The notes under the pieces: generated by a model
The model's input: the letters and a program-made list of their open reading frames with translations, nothing else
Told to the model about the DNA's origin: nothing
Database searches by the model: none
In this document: piece after piece, positions 52,330 through 62,275 of the stretch
Position numbering within the stretch: the stretch's first letter is position 1
Layout of the letters: each line of letters begins with the position of its first letter
Translations under genes and position numbers: made by a program
Source: Syntrophales bacterium
Lineage (GTDB): Bacteria; Desulfobacterota; Syntrophia; Syntrophales; UBA2210
Assembly: GCA_963662405.2 (NCBI GenBank)
Contig: CAXXKT010000001.1
Location: 768,001-832,000 of the forward strand
Length of the DNA stretch: 64,000 bases
Direction of reading: 5' to 3'

Positions 52330-52422
52330 TATTCTCTCCCTCTCACGCACGGTCCGGCCCGGAACACACTCCTAAAAACCCTTGGGGCGCCGGGATAACC
52401 GGTAAGATATCGCGTCATGCTC

Positions 52423-52932
52423 TTATCGCATCCTCTCGGGGGGCCAGCGTTCTCTTTTTTCGTACGTATGAAGCTCCGGTGTCGCGACCACAATAGTGTG
52501 GTTACCCGTCATCCGGAACCAGGTTGTCGCGGAAAGAATCGAATACCAGACCCCGATCCGGTCACCGGCATGATTGAGGAGGACAAACCCGTGTATGATC
52601 GGGGCCTCAATCTTCATGTGGGTAACGAGGTCCCGAAGGACCCGGGGCGTCATTTCAATCCTCTTCCACAGGGTGGATTCCAAGATATAGTCCTTGTTGA
52701 TTCCCAGGATGGCATTCGGTTGCGCGTCCGAGCCGCTGATATAGTAATTGAAATCGGGATCAGGTTGATAGGACTCAAAGGTCTGCTGAACCCCTCCATC
52801 AGGAACAATCCTTCCATAATCACCGTCATGCAGACCACCACACCCCACCGGCAGGCAAAGCAGCAGAAGGGATAAGAGATACAGCGGCGGTCGCCGGATG
52901 GTCCGTCCCGCTCCGTTTCTTCCCCGCATCAT
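52423..52932 (-). CDS. Hypothetical lipoprotein
   Basis: Basic N-terminus, hydrophobic stretch, lipobox-like LPVGC; YYISGS...PNAILG, GDRIGVWYS. Confidence 0.65.
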   Translation of the reverse strand: MMRGRNGAGRTIRRPPLYLLSLLLLCLPVGCGGLHDGDYGRIVPDGGVQQTFESYQPDPDFNYYISGSDAQPNAILGINKDYILESTLWKRIEMTPRVLRDLVTHMKIEAPIIHGFVLLNHAGDRIGVWYSILSATTWFRMTGNHTIVVATPELHTYEKRERWPPERMR

Positions 52933-53388
52933 GTATTCCTCTCTCTCATCTGGCATTAGCCCTGTGCCATATCTCCCACAGTTGCGAGTAGTATAGAAGA
53001 GGGATCTATCGCTGTCAATGGAGAAGCATCGGTCGCTATCCGACTCGGAGAGAGACTATGCCAGAGTGACATGGCTGTGTCAGAGTGGCATTACAGGGGG
53101 GAATCTCCGAAGCACCATGCACGGGACAACCCGTTCGCCCTTACTGATATGTCATCCAGACATAAGGGTTTGCTCAAGCGCTCTTCCTGTCTCCGGGCGT
53201 TATCTCCCTCATTATATGAGCAATAGAGGGATATCGAAGACTTGCCGGTGCTGGCATGATTTGTGTTACATTGAGGAGGGTGAAGAGGCGTTCCAATGAT
53301 ATTGACGCAGTGAATGAACTGTTTTCCCGGGAAGGTGTTCTCCGTTGGTCTTGCCGCTTCCTCCTATATCCGAACGAGGATCCGTCAA

Positions 53389-54315
53389 ATGATGACTCCG
53401 GAACAATATAGAAAAAGCCTGGATGATCTCAATCTGAATCTCTACATCCGGGGCGTGAGGAAGTCCCACCCGTATGATTATCCAGCTGCCTGTCGTTCTC
53501 GTGATGCGGTGGCCGGTACATACGAAATGGCCGGAATGCCGGAGTACGAACAGGTCATGATCGCGAAATCCCACATTACGGGTGCCAGAATCAATCGGTT
53601 TAACCACATCAGCCAGACCATCGATGATGTAATCAAACAGGTGCGGCTAAACAGCCTCTTTCATCACGATAATAGAGATTGCTTCCAGCGAACACGGGGA
53701 ATGAATGCCCTTCACGCCCTTTCCATTACAACCGGCGACATCGATGCCGCAGAGGGGACAAATCATCACGGACGGTTTCTCAACTACCTTCAGTACATTC
53801 AGGAAAACGACCTCACCTGCGATGGTTCGCTTATCGATCCGTGGACGAGCGAAATCGGATATATTCCCCCTCACCGGAATCCGAACGCTGATTCCCTGCT
53901 GCACACGGTGGGGGAAACGCCGAACGGCGCCGTGCTCTGTGGGATGAAGGCATGCGGGGTGGGTGTCTTAAGTTCTCATGAACTTATTGTGCTCCCAACC
54001 ATGGCCATGAGGAAACAAGACGAGCGGTACGCCCTTTCTTTTGCACTGCCGAGCGACACCGAAGGGCTCACCTTTATCATCGCTCCCGAAGGTCATGGAG
54101 ACATGAGCGGGAGAGACGACATCGGTACCCGGACTATGGGAGCAATCCGAGATCATGAGATACTGTGTGTCTTTGATAACGTCATCGTTCCCTGGGAACG
54201 GATCTTTCTGTACCGGGCATTTGAATCCCCCGAGCAGATGGGGAATCTGCTCGGGCTCTCGTTTTGTTTCGGAGCAGACAGTACAGACATACAGATCGGG
54301 GCCAAGGGGAAGTGA
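53389..54315 (+). pseudogene. Truncated/degenerate 4-hydroxybutyryl-CoA dehydratase (AbfD/HpaB family) homolog
   Basis: MTPEQYRKSL, INRFNH, CFQR, QENDL, HELIVLPT, VFDNVIVPWERIF; ends after ~308 aa, C-terminal domain missing. Confidence 0.7.
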
Positions 54316-54660
54316 TGGGTCAAATCTTCATGCATTCATACCCTCATAATCGATTATGCGTTGAACAGAACGAAGATTTGGCTCCTCCTCCCTGAGCCCC
54401 CCGGTTCACTTCTATACTCCTCCCCATAAAAAGCGGCAGGGGATTTGTGTATCCCGGCAATCGACGGGAGTCGAAACGGAGCTTCACACTGTCTCCGGGT
54501 TGAGCATTCAACTGCACAAATATCTTGACAAAAAGAACTGATAATGTAATGCTTCCCCGGTGTTCATGGGGGAGAGGGCGTTTCAGATTGGATGGCAATG
54601 CGCAGCATTGAACGAAGAGGTGGGCTTGGCTCTCTTTTTCGGAAATCAAAGGAGGAAGGA

Positions 54661-55056
54661 ATGAAAATAGTTGTCGGGTACAAAGAGTCGAAAATGTCCA
54701 AGTCGATCCTGGATCTGGTCAAGCAGCATGCAAAGGCATTTGATGCAAAGGTCTACCTCGTCTCGTCTCTCGAAGGTGGTGTCGGTGAAAAGATAGAAGA
54801 AATCGACGTTGCCAACGGGGAATTGAGTTATGCGGAAGGGGTCCTGAAAGAAGCAGGGATCGATGCCGAGACGGAGTTACTGATCCGCGGTCTTTCCCCC
54901 GGTGAGGACATCATCGAATTTGCAAAGGACAAAGAGGCCGACGAGATCATCGTCGGTGTCAAAATGAGATCGAAGGTGGGTAAATTCATACTCGGCTCAA
55001 CCGCCCAGTATGTTATTCTCAACGCGGATTGCCCCGTTGTGAGCATCAAAGCGTAA
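54661..55056 (+). CDS. Universal stress protein
   Basis: KIVVGY, PGEDII, IIVG..RSKVGKFILGSTAQYVIL.A.CPV. Confidence 0.92.
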   Translation: MKIVVGYKESKMSKSILDLVKQHAKAFDAKVYLVSSLEGGVGEKIEEIDVANGELSYAEGVLKEAGIDAETELLIRGLSPGEDIIEFAKDKEADEIIVGVKMRSKVGKFILGSTAQYVILNADCPVVSIKA

Positions 55057-55140
55057 CAGGGACCGATCAGGGGAAATCTGTCCAGCACGCGAAGAGCGGT
55101 CTGAAGATTTCCCCTTTCCATGCAGCTATCACCGGTGTAG

Positions 55141-55171
55141 GATACCCTCTCCGGTCTTCGGAGAGGGTATC
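55141..55171. terminator. Strong hairpin after the usp gene
   Basis: GATACCCTCTCC/GGAGAGGGTATC 12-bp stem; a second stem AGGGGAAATCT/AGATTTCCCCT lies at ~55068-55114. Confidence 0.55.
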
Positions 55172-55252
55172 TTCACGGATACAGTCGTGACTCGAACAGT
55201 CGCCGTTTTTCTCTTTGCCTGTGTGTTACGCAAGGGCATTGAAGGGGCGCCT

Positions 55253-56584
55253 ATGCATCAATACCGTGTGTTGATTATCGGATCGGGTCCCGCAGGACTT
55301 TTCGCCGCCCTCTGGCTTGAACGGGCGGGGATTGATAGGATCGGAATCGTCGATCGTCGCTCCTATCCCGCCGGGGGATTGCTCAATGACGGCAAACTGA
55401 ATTTTGACTACCGGATCGGGATCGATCTCGGTGAACTGCAGATCGATCGCGCCACGGCTGATGTCCTGATGGAAGATGTCAAGCGGGTTTTCACGGGCTT
55501 TCCCCGCTGCCAGCAGGTGACTTTTACCGATCATACCGAACAGATCCAGGGATTGCGGGACATCGCGGAGGAACACAGCGCCCGGTTCATCGCCACGGAA
55601 CAGTGGCACTGGGGAACCGATAACGGGAGGGCGGTGGTCGATTATCTAAGAAGCCTCCTCAAGAAAACGGATTTTCTGCTGGGAACGGAGGTGCTCACCA
55701 TCGAACAGGATGATGACGATTGTTTCCGTCTCACCGGAAGCTGCGAAGGAGAATCGATATGTTATACCGCCGGGTGTGTCCTCGCCGCCCCCGGACGGAG
55801 CGGCGCCTACTGGTTCAGGGATGTGTCGGGAAAGATCGGTGTCGAGCACAACTTCGGCCCCATTGATGTGGGAATCCGACTCGAATTGAACAGAAGATTT
55901 TATAATCCTGTTACCGATATCGTCTACGATCCCAAATTCATATTCCGTACCGCAAGACACGACGACACGGTCAGGACCTTTTGCACAAATCCCGGCGGAC
56001 GGGTCCGGGTGGAGGACTATCTGCAGTTTAAACTGATCAACGGTGACGCCCTTTCCGATCGAAAGACGGCAAATACGAATTTTGCTTTGATCAACACCAT
56101 TGCTCTCACCAAGCCCTTTTCCGACACGACGGGATTCGGTCAAATGATCGCCAAACAGTTTTTCCTTCTGGGAGGAGGGAAACCGGTTGTTCAAAGGATC
56201 GGGGACTTTCGGGAGGGGAGACGGAGCGCCGCGGCGACCTTTAACAGTTCCGCTCGCCGGTTCGCTGAATGTGAGGCTACCTGCAACGCCACCCCCGGGG
56301 ATATCACGCTGGGGATGCCCGCCCGTATCATGGACAATCTCTGGGAATCTCTCAAGAAACTCGACAAGATCGCTCCCGGTATCCTGCACCCCTCCACCCT
56401 CATGTATGCGCCGGAGATCAAGTTTTTTGACACGCACTTCCCGACGGACCGGCACCTCGAAACGAACGTGCCTGGGATCTTTGTCGCCGGTGACGGGACG
56501 GGCAAGAGCCGCGGTATCGTGGGAGCAGGGGTTTCGGGGATTATCGCGGCGAAGGGAATAATCGAAAAACACTTTGCATCTTAA
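55253..56584 (+). CDS. FAD-dependent oxidoreductase (uncharacterised)
   Basis: IIGSGPAG, DGKLN, APGRSG, VRTFCTNPGG, YAPEIKF, AGDG.G.SRG. Confidence 0.88.
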   Translation: MHQYRVLIIGSGPAGLFAALWLERAGIDRIGIVDRRSYPAGGLLNDGKLNFDYRIGIDLGELQIDRATADVLMEDVKRVFTGFPRCQQVTFTDHTEQIQGLRDIAEEHSARFIATEQWHWGTDNGRAVVDYLRSLLKKTDFLLGTEVLTIEQDDDDCFRLTGSCEGESICYTAGCVLAAPGRSGAYWFRDVSGKIGVEHNFGPIDVGIRLELNRRFYNPVTDIVYDPKFIFRTARHDDTVRTFCTNPGGRVRVEDYLQFKLINGDALSDRKTANTNFALINTIALTKPFSDTTGFGQMIAKQFFLLGGGKPVVQRIGDFREGRRSAAATFNSSARRFAECEATCNATPGDITLGMPARIMDNLWESLKKLDKIAPGILHPSTLMYAPEIKFFDTHFPTDRHLETNVPGIFVAGDGTGKSRGIVGAGVSGIIAAKGIIEKHFAS

Positions 56585-56694
56585 GGGGATACCTTCGACG
56601 GTCAGGGACGATCGCAATATAGCGGAGCCGAAAAGGACTTGTCATTTCACCTGCAGATGCGTATGGCCTGTTCCCGGGTAGAGATGGAGGCAAA

Positions 56695-56985
56695 ATGAAA
56701 CAACGCGATGATATCATAACGACACTCGCTCAAATATCCGATATTGAGGAGATGAAATCATTCATTGACGAGATCCTTACGCCCAGAGAAATCCAGGATC
56801 TTTTTCTTCGTTGGACGTTGCTGCAGGAACTCGACAGGGGGAAAACACAGAGAAGCATTGCGGCCAACTATGGCATCAGCCTCTGCAAGATCACCCGGGG
56901 ATCGAAGATATTGAAAAAAGATCGGTCCGTTGTTAAGAAATATCTACGGAAGGGAAACCCGCGGGACACCAGCGATTCTCCGTGA
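56695..56985 (+). CDS. Trp repressor (TrpR/YerC) family regulator
   Basis: ILTPRE...LRW.LL.EL..G.TQR.IA...GISLCKITRGS..LK. Confidence 0.85.
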   Translation: MKQRDDIITTLAQISDIEEMKSFIDEILTPREIQDLFLRWTLLQELDRGKTQRSIAANYGISLCKITRGSKILKKDRSVVKKYLRKGNPRDTSDSP

Positions 56986-57038
56986 GACCCGATACCCGGG
57001 AGCGAGAACCGCCTTCGTATCTGGTGGTCCATACCCTC

Positions 57039-59132
57039 CTATGAATAGTGCTTCGTCTGATTGGCATGTTCAGACGACACGTTGGAGCGCACGGGTCTTT
57101 TTGCCAATTTTTCCTGGTACATGCGTTTGTCCGCCCTGTTTCGGACACCGGAGAGAGACATCCCTTTGTGCCCTGTCGCTACGCCGATGGAAAGGCTGAG
57201 TAAAAATGGGGGGTGATCCTTATTGTGGATCACCAAGGCATCCCGTACGCGCCTGATGATTTCCTCGGTGACCCGGGCGTTCGTCCCGGGAAGGATCACG
57301 GCGAATTCATCTCCCCCGATCCGAGCCACCGTATCCTCTGTGCGAAAGGATTCGCGCAACACCTGCGCCGTCCGTTTCAACAGCTCGTCTCCCGCTTGAT
57401 GTCCCTGAGAATCGTTTACTTCTTTTAATCCATCCAGATCCATCATCACAATACTCACCGGGAATTCTCTCCCCCGTTCGAGACGGGCAATTTCTTCCTC
57501 GAAATAGATTCTATTATATAAATTCGTCAGACCGTCGTGGGTCCCCATATACCGGAGACGGTCCTCAATCCCTTTTCGTGCGGTAATATCGATCAGAGAG
57601 ACCACACTCTGGCCGGTTTCCGGGATTAAGGACAGGGTGAGGTAGACATCCACCGGCCGACCGTTACGCCGCACTAAGCTGAATTCATACTGTGACGGGG
57701 CGGCATCCGGGTCTCTCCTTCGTATCTCGTTATATTCCTTCATGCGGGCGATATCCTTCTGCGCCACAAATTCCGTCCATTTCTTTTTCCTCTCGACCTC
57801 ACCGGCCGAATACCCGACCATCTCCTCCAGTCCGCTGTTTACCATCGATATCGTTGTGTCCTTTTCCAGGATCATCATGGCGGTTCCGCTGTTCTCGATG
57901 ATAGTCCGGTAGCGTATCTCCGATGCGCGCAGTTCCTCTTCCATCCTCTTCCGGTCCGTAATATCCATGGAACTTCCCAGGGTCGCCGATTCCCCTTCGA
58001 ACATAATGGGGGTAACGGTCTCGATGATCCAGCGGATTGCACCCGTCTTTGTCACCATGCGATACTCATAGAAGGATATTCGCTCACCTTTCAGCATCTC
58101 TCTGGCGTATCGTCGTAACGCCTCACGGTCGTCGGGATGGACGATACCCATGGGATCTTTCCCCATCAACTCCTCCGGTGTATGATCGGTATACCCCGCG
58201 GCCCGGGCGTTGATATAGAGGAATTTTCCCTTCCGGATGACGTAGATGCCGGCAAATGACTGTTCCGCAACGACCTGATACAACCTTTGCGCCCGTCTCT
58301 TCTCCGTCAGGTCGCGGGTAATGCCGCAAAAACCGGTAGGAGCGCCTGCCCTGTCCCTCATCAGCGTCGCCGAGGCACTGACAACCCTCCTCGTACCATC
58401 GGGGCGTATAATCTCATAGTCCGCCAGCTCTCCCGGCTTTCCCGTCCGGTAGATATCGCGGTAGATCTCATACAACTTTTTTGCCGTCTCCGGCGTGAGG
58501 TATTCGCGATTGTTCACTCCGATCAGATCTTCGTATGGGGTATCGGCAATCTTGCAGATGGCATCGTTGCAGAAGGTGAAATTTCCGGCGAGATCTACTT
58601 CGTAGTAGCCGTCCTCGATCGTGTCGAGGATCGTACGGTATCGCGCTTCGCTTTCTCGGAGGGCTTCCTCCATCTGCACCCGGGCGGTTACATCACGCTC
58701 AAGACCGTAGAAACCTGAAGGATTTCCCTCCGCATCACGCATCAGATAGGCCGAGATGTCCACGACCCTCCTCCCGCCGTTTTTGAGAGAAAGCTCATAT
58801 TCCGTCACCCGTGCCGGCTGCCCCGTCCGGTAGACTTCATTGAAGATCCGATAGATGTGTCGGGAGGTTTCCGGGCTGTTATATTCCCTGTTGCTCATCC
58901 CGATCAACTCGTCGAATGAATGATCCAGGATCTTGCACATCGCATCATTAACAAAGGTAAATTTTCCTGCAAGATCGGTTTCGAAATATCCTTCGGTGAG
59001 ATTTTTTGCCAGGGCTCGGGGATATGATCGGCTGTCAGGCAGGGTATTTGATTGTTCTGATGAAGAAATCCGCTGCCGGAGGGTATGCAGTTCCTGGATC
59101 AATTCCTGTTTTGTTTTTTGTTCATCATTCAT
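57039..59132 (-). CDS. Diguanylate cyclase with four PAS domains
   Basis: Four PAS/PAC repeats, HDGLTNLYNR, DLDGLK, RTED I-site, GGDEF. Confidence 0.93.
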   Translation of the reverse strand: MNDEQKTKQELIQELHTLRQRISSSEQSNTLPDSRSYPRALAKNLTEGYFETDLAGKFTFVNDAMCKILDHSFDELIGMSNREYNSPETSRHIYRIFNEVYRTGQPARVTEYELSLKNGGRRVVDISAYLMRDAEGNPSGFYGLERDVTARVQMEEALRESEARYRTILDTIEDGYYEVDLAGNFTFCNDAICKIADTPYEDLIGVNNREYLTPETAKKLYEIYRDIYRTGKPGELADYEIIRPDGTRRVVSASATLMRDRAGAPTGFCGITRDLTEKRRAQRLYQVVAEQSFAGIYVIRKGKFLYINARAAGYTDHTPEELMGKDPMGIVHPDDREALRRYAREMLKGERISFYEYRMVTKTGAIRWIIETVTPIMFEGESATLGSSMDITDRKRMEEELRASEIRYRTIIENSGTAMMILEKDTTISMVNSGLEEMVGYSAGEVERKKKWTEFVAQKDIARMKEYNEIRRRDPDAAPSQYEFSLVRRNGRPVDVYLTLSLIPETGQSVVSLIDITARKGIEDRLRYMGTHDGLTNLYNRIYFEEEIARLERGREFPVSIVMMDLDGLKEVNDSQGHQAGDELLKRTAQVLRESFRTEDTVARIGGDEFAVILPGTNARVTEEIIRRVRDALVIHNKDHPPFLLSLSIGVATGHKGMSLSGVRNRADKRMYQEKLAKRPVRSNVSSEHANQTKHYS

Positions 59133-59325
59133 CTCTTCGCCCCCGATACAAAGAGCAATGAATCACAACAGCGGATAATCCATACGGATAGGAGAGGCGA
59201 GTGGAAAAGCCACACCGCCTACCTCTTAGTACCGATTTTTGGAAAAATTGCAAGAGAAATATGTCATTCCCTACAGGACGGAAAGATTCCCGATCGCCGC
59301 TCGGTCGCTGGTTTTTTCGATATCA

Positions 59326-60273
59326 TCACTCAATCGGCGATAAGAATTTCCCCTGCCAGGAATCTCTCCGTTCCAGTTCGTCATCGATCGCGTTGATGAC
59401 CGACATCTTGTTGGTCCCCCATGCGGGGGCCAGGTAGATATCCCGGTAGCCATCGGCGGTGAGTCGTTGGATCACCACCTCGGGAGGAAGGATTTCGAGG
59501 ATGTCGCAGACGGTGGCGACGTACTCCTCCCGGGATATCATCCGGATCTCTCCCCTTTGGTAGAGATCGCCGAGGGGGGTGCCGGCGAGGGCGAGAAGGA
59601 GGTGGATCTTGATCCCCTGGATGGGCAGAGACGCCAGTACCCGTGCCGTCTGCAGCATGTCCTCCCGGGTCTCCCCCGGGAGACCGACGATGATATGGAC
59701 ACAGATATTGACACCGCGTCCCGCGGTTCGCTCCACTGCGTCGAGAAAGATGTCGGCGTGGTGCCCCCGGTTGATCAGTTCGAGGGTCCGGTCATGGATC
59801 GACTGGAGACCGTATTCCAGCCACACGTGCCGGTCCTCGGCATATGCCTCGAAGAGATCAAGGACCTCTCCGGGGACGCAGTCGGGACGCGTTCCGACGG
59901 ATATGCCGACGATATCGTCCGGGGACAGGGCCTCGTCATAGAGGGGTTTGAGCTGCTCCACGGGGGCATAGGTATTGGTGGCGGTCTGAAAATAGGCGAT
60001 GAACTTCTGGGCCCCGCGCTTCCCCCGGTAGAAAGTCTTTCCCGTTTCGATCTGTTCGGTCACCGTCGGGAGTGGGGTTCCCTGTTGCCGCAACCGCGAG
60101 AAGCGACCATCGCAATAAATACACCCGCCGCGCCCCACCGTCCCGTCACGGTTGGGACAGGTGAATCCGGCGTCGATCTGCAGCTTGTAGACCTTGCACC
60201 CGAACCGGTTGACGAAGAAGGACTTCAGGTCATAGTATCGCTTCGAATTGTTCCAGAATGGTGGCTTCGGCAT
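59326..60273 (-). CDS. TIGR01212-family radical SAM protein (YhcC/YtqA-like)
   Basis: DAGFTCPNRDG...GGCIYC, IAYFQ..TNTY, GTRPDC, GLQS, INRGH, GIKIH. Confidence 0.92.
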   Translation of the reverse strand: MPKPPFWNNSKRYYDLKSFFVNRFGCKVYKLQIDAGFTCPNRDGTVGRGGCIYCDGRFSRLRQQGTPLPTVTEQIETGKTFYRGKRGAQKFIAYFQTATNTYAPVEQLKPLYDEALSPDDIVGISVGTRPDCVPGEVLDLFEAYAEDRHVWLEYGLQSIHDRTLELINRGHHADIFLDAVERTAGRGVNICVHIIVGLPGETREDMLQTARVLASLPIQGIKIHLLLALAGTPLGDLYQRGEIRMISREEYVATVCDILEILPPEVVIQRLTADGYRDIYLAPAWGTNKMSVINAIDDELERRDSWQGKFLSPIE

Positions 60274-60369
60274 GACGGTCCCCGTGGCGCCTTATTTTTT
60301 TATTGTCTTTTCCCGGGCAATGCTATTAGACTGACACCATTAATTCAAGCTATTATCTACGGTGGAGAA

Positions 60370-62265
60370 ATGAGCTTTCCGAAACGGTTTGATGTGATCG
60401 TCGTCGGTGCCGGACATGCCGGTTGTGAGGCGGCACTGGCTGCGGCCCGGATGGGGTGCCGGACGCTTCTCTTCAACATCAATCTCGATTCGATCGCGCT
60501 GATGTCCTGCAACCCCGCCATCGGGGGACTTGCCAAGGGGCAGTTGGTGAAGGAGATCGACGCCCTCGGCGGTGAGATGGGAAGGATCGCCGACCGGACG
60601 GCCTGTCACTTCAGGGTCCTGAACCGGTCCAAGGGACCCGCCGTCCAGTCCTCACGCGTCCAGTGCGACAAACAGCTCTATCGGCTCGCCATGAAGGAAG
60701 TGGTGGAGCGACAACCCCATCTGTATATCAGACAGGCCCTGGTGGAAAAAATCGTCGTCGAGGGAGGGACGGTCACCGGCGTCCTCGACAACACCGGATT
60801 CTTCTTCGGGGGAGAGACGGTGGTTATCACCACCGGGACCTTTCTCAACGGCCTCGTCCATATCGGTACGTCGCGACAGTCTGCCGGGCGTGCGGGTGAG
60901 ATCGCCTCCATCGGACTGGCCGACTCTCTCAAGGACTTGGGATTCGATATCGGACGGATGAAGACGGGGACCCCGCCGCGTCTGCGCGCCTCGTCGATCG
61001 ACTTCTCGGTCATGGAACGGCAGGACAGCGACCCGGATCCGCGTCCCTTTTCCTTTACCACCGAGCGGTTGCGGGAAGAGCGATTGCCCTCTTATTTCGC
61101 CGCCACCACCCCCGCAACGCACCGGCTGATCCGGGACAACATCCAACAATCTCCCCTCTATTCCGGCGCCATCACGGGGGTCAGTGCGCGCTACTGCCCC
61201 TCGCTGGAAGACAAGGTGATGCGCTTTGCCGACAAGGAGAGCCATCCGGTGGTCCTGGAATTCGAAGGTCTCGAGACGGAGGAGATCTACGCGAAGGGGC
61301 TGGGGAACAGCCTCCCCCTGGGGCTCCAGGATGACCTGGTTCACTCCGTCCCCGGGCTCGAACAGGCGGAGATCATGCGGAGCGCCTACGCCATCGAGTA
61401 CGACTTCGTCCAACCTACACAACTGACGCAGACCCTCGAGACAAAGCTCGTACAGGGGCTGTACCTCGCCGGACAGATCAACGGGACATCCGGATACGAG
61501 GAGGCGGCGGCCCAAGGGATGTGGGCCGGGATCAACGCCGCCCTCGCGGTGCGGAAACGCCCCCCCTTCATCCTCGATCGTTCCGAGGCGTATATGGGAG
61601 TCCTGGTGGATGACCTGATCACGCGAGGGGTCGACGAGCCCTATCGAATGTTCACCTCCCGGGCGGAATACCGACTGATCCTGAGGGAGGACAACGCGAC
61701 CATCCGCCTCATGGGGAGGGGGTGCGACCTGGGACTCATTGCGCGCGATCGATACCATGATCTGCAGGAACAGGTGCGTGAAATCGAGCGCCTGACGCTG
61801 GGTCTTACCGCCAGAAGGGTGTTTCCCTCCGCCGAGGTGAACACGGTCCTGGAAGGGATCCCGACTCCCACCATCAGGACCCCCGTCACCTTCGCTCACC
61901 TTTTAAAGCGACCGGAAATCGCATACGATAACCTGAAGGTTCTGGACGGGTGGGAGGAAATCCCGGACCGGGACGTGAAACGGCAGGTGGAAATAGCGAT
62001 CAAATACGAGGGGTACATCAAACGGCAACTCGAGTCGGTGGAACGCTTCAAGGGAATGGAGAAAAAAAAGATTCCCCCCGGATTCGATTACGGGATCGTC
62101 CCCGGTCTCTCAAATGAGCTCAGGAAAAAGTTGTCATCCATACAGCCGGCCTCCATCGGTCAGGCGCAGCGGATATCAGGGATGACCCAGGCGGCCCTGA
62201 CCGCCGTTCTCGTCTCGCTGAAAAAGGCCGAGGCGGGCGGCGGGAAACAGGCCCAGAACAATTGA
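60370..62265 (+). CDS. mnmG: tRNA uridine-5-carboxymethylaminomethyl modification enzyme
   Basis: VGAGHAGCEAA, MSCNPAIGG, KTGTPPR, RYCPSLEDK, GQINGTSGYEEAA, YRMFTSRAEYRL; true start ATG 60370. Confidence 0.97.
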   Translation: MSFPKRFDVIVVGAGHAGCEAALAAARMGCRTLLFNINLDSIALMSCNPAIGGLAKGQLVKEIDALGGEMGRIADRTACHFRVLNRSKGPAVQSSRVQCDKQLYRLAMKEVVERQPHLYIRQALVEKIVVEGGTVTGVLDNTGFFFGGETVVITTGTFLNGLVHIGTSRQSAGRAGEIASIGLADSLKDLGFDIGRMKTGTPPRLRASSIDFSVMERQDSDPDPRPFSFTTERLREERLPSYFAATTPATHRLIRDNIQQSPLYSGAITGVSARYCPSLEDKVMRFADKESHPVVLEFEGLETEEIYAKGLGNSLPLGLQDDLVHSVPGLEQAEIMRSAYAIEYDFVQPTQLTQTLETKLVQGLYLAGQINGTSGYEEAAAQGMWAGINAALAVRKRPPFILDRSEAYMGVLVDDLITRGVDEPYRMFTSRAEYRLILREDNATIRLMGRGCDLGLIARDRYHDLQEQVREIERLTLGLTARRVFPSAEVNTVLEGIPTPTIRTPVTFAHLLKRPEIAYDNLKVLDGWEEIPDRDVKRQVEIAIKYEGYIKRQLESVERFKGMEKKKIPPGFDYGIVPGLSNELRKKLSSIQPASIGQAQRISGMTQAALTAVLVSLKKAEAGGGKQAQNN

Positions 62266-62275
62266 GGGGGATGCG

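Noticed and set aside
54316..54660. Structured RNA or fluoride riboswitch upstream of the second usp
   Set aside because: An imperfect stem exists (~54317-54383) but the fluoride-riboswitch consensus is absent
59467..60369. Apparent 300-aa N-terminal extension of MnmG (932-aa ORF)
   Set aside because: It is the antisense shadow of the TIGR01212 gene; MnmG homology and a GGAG RBS begin at ATG 60370
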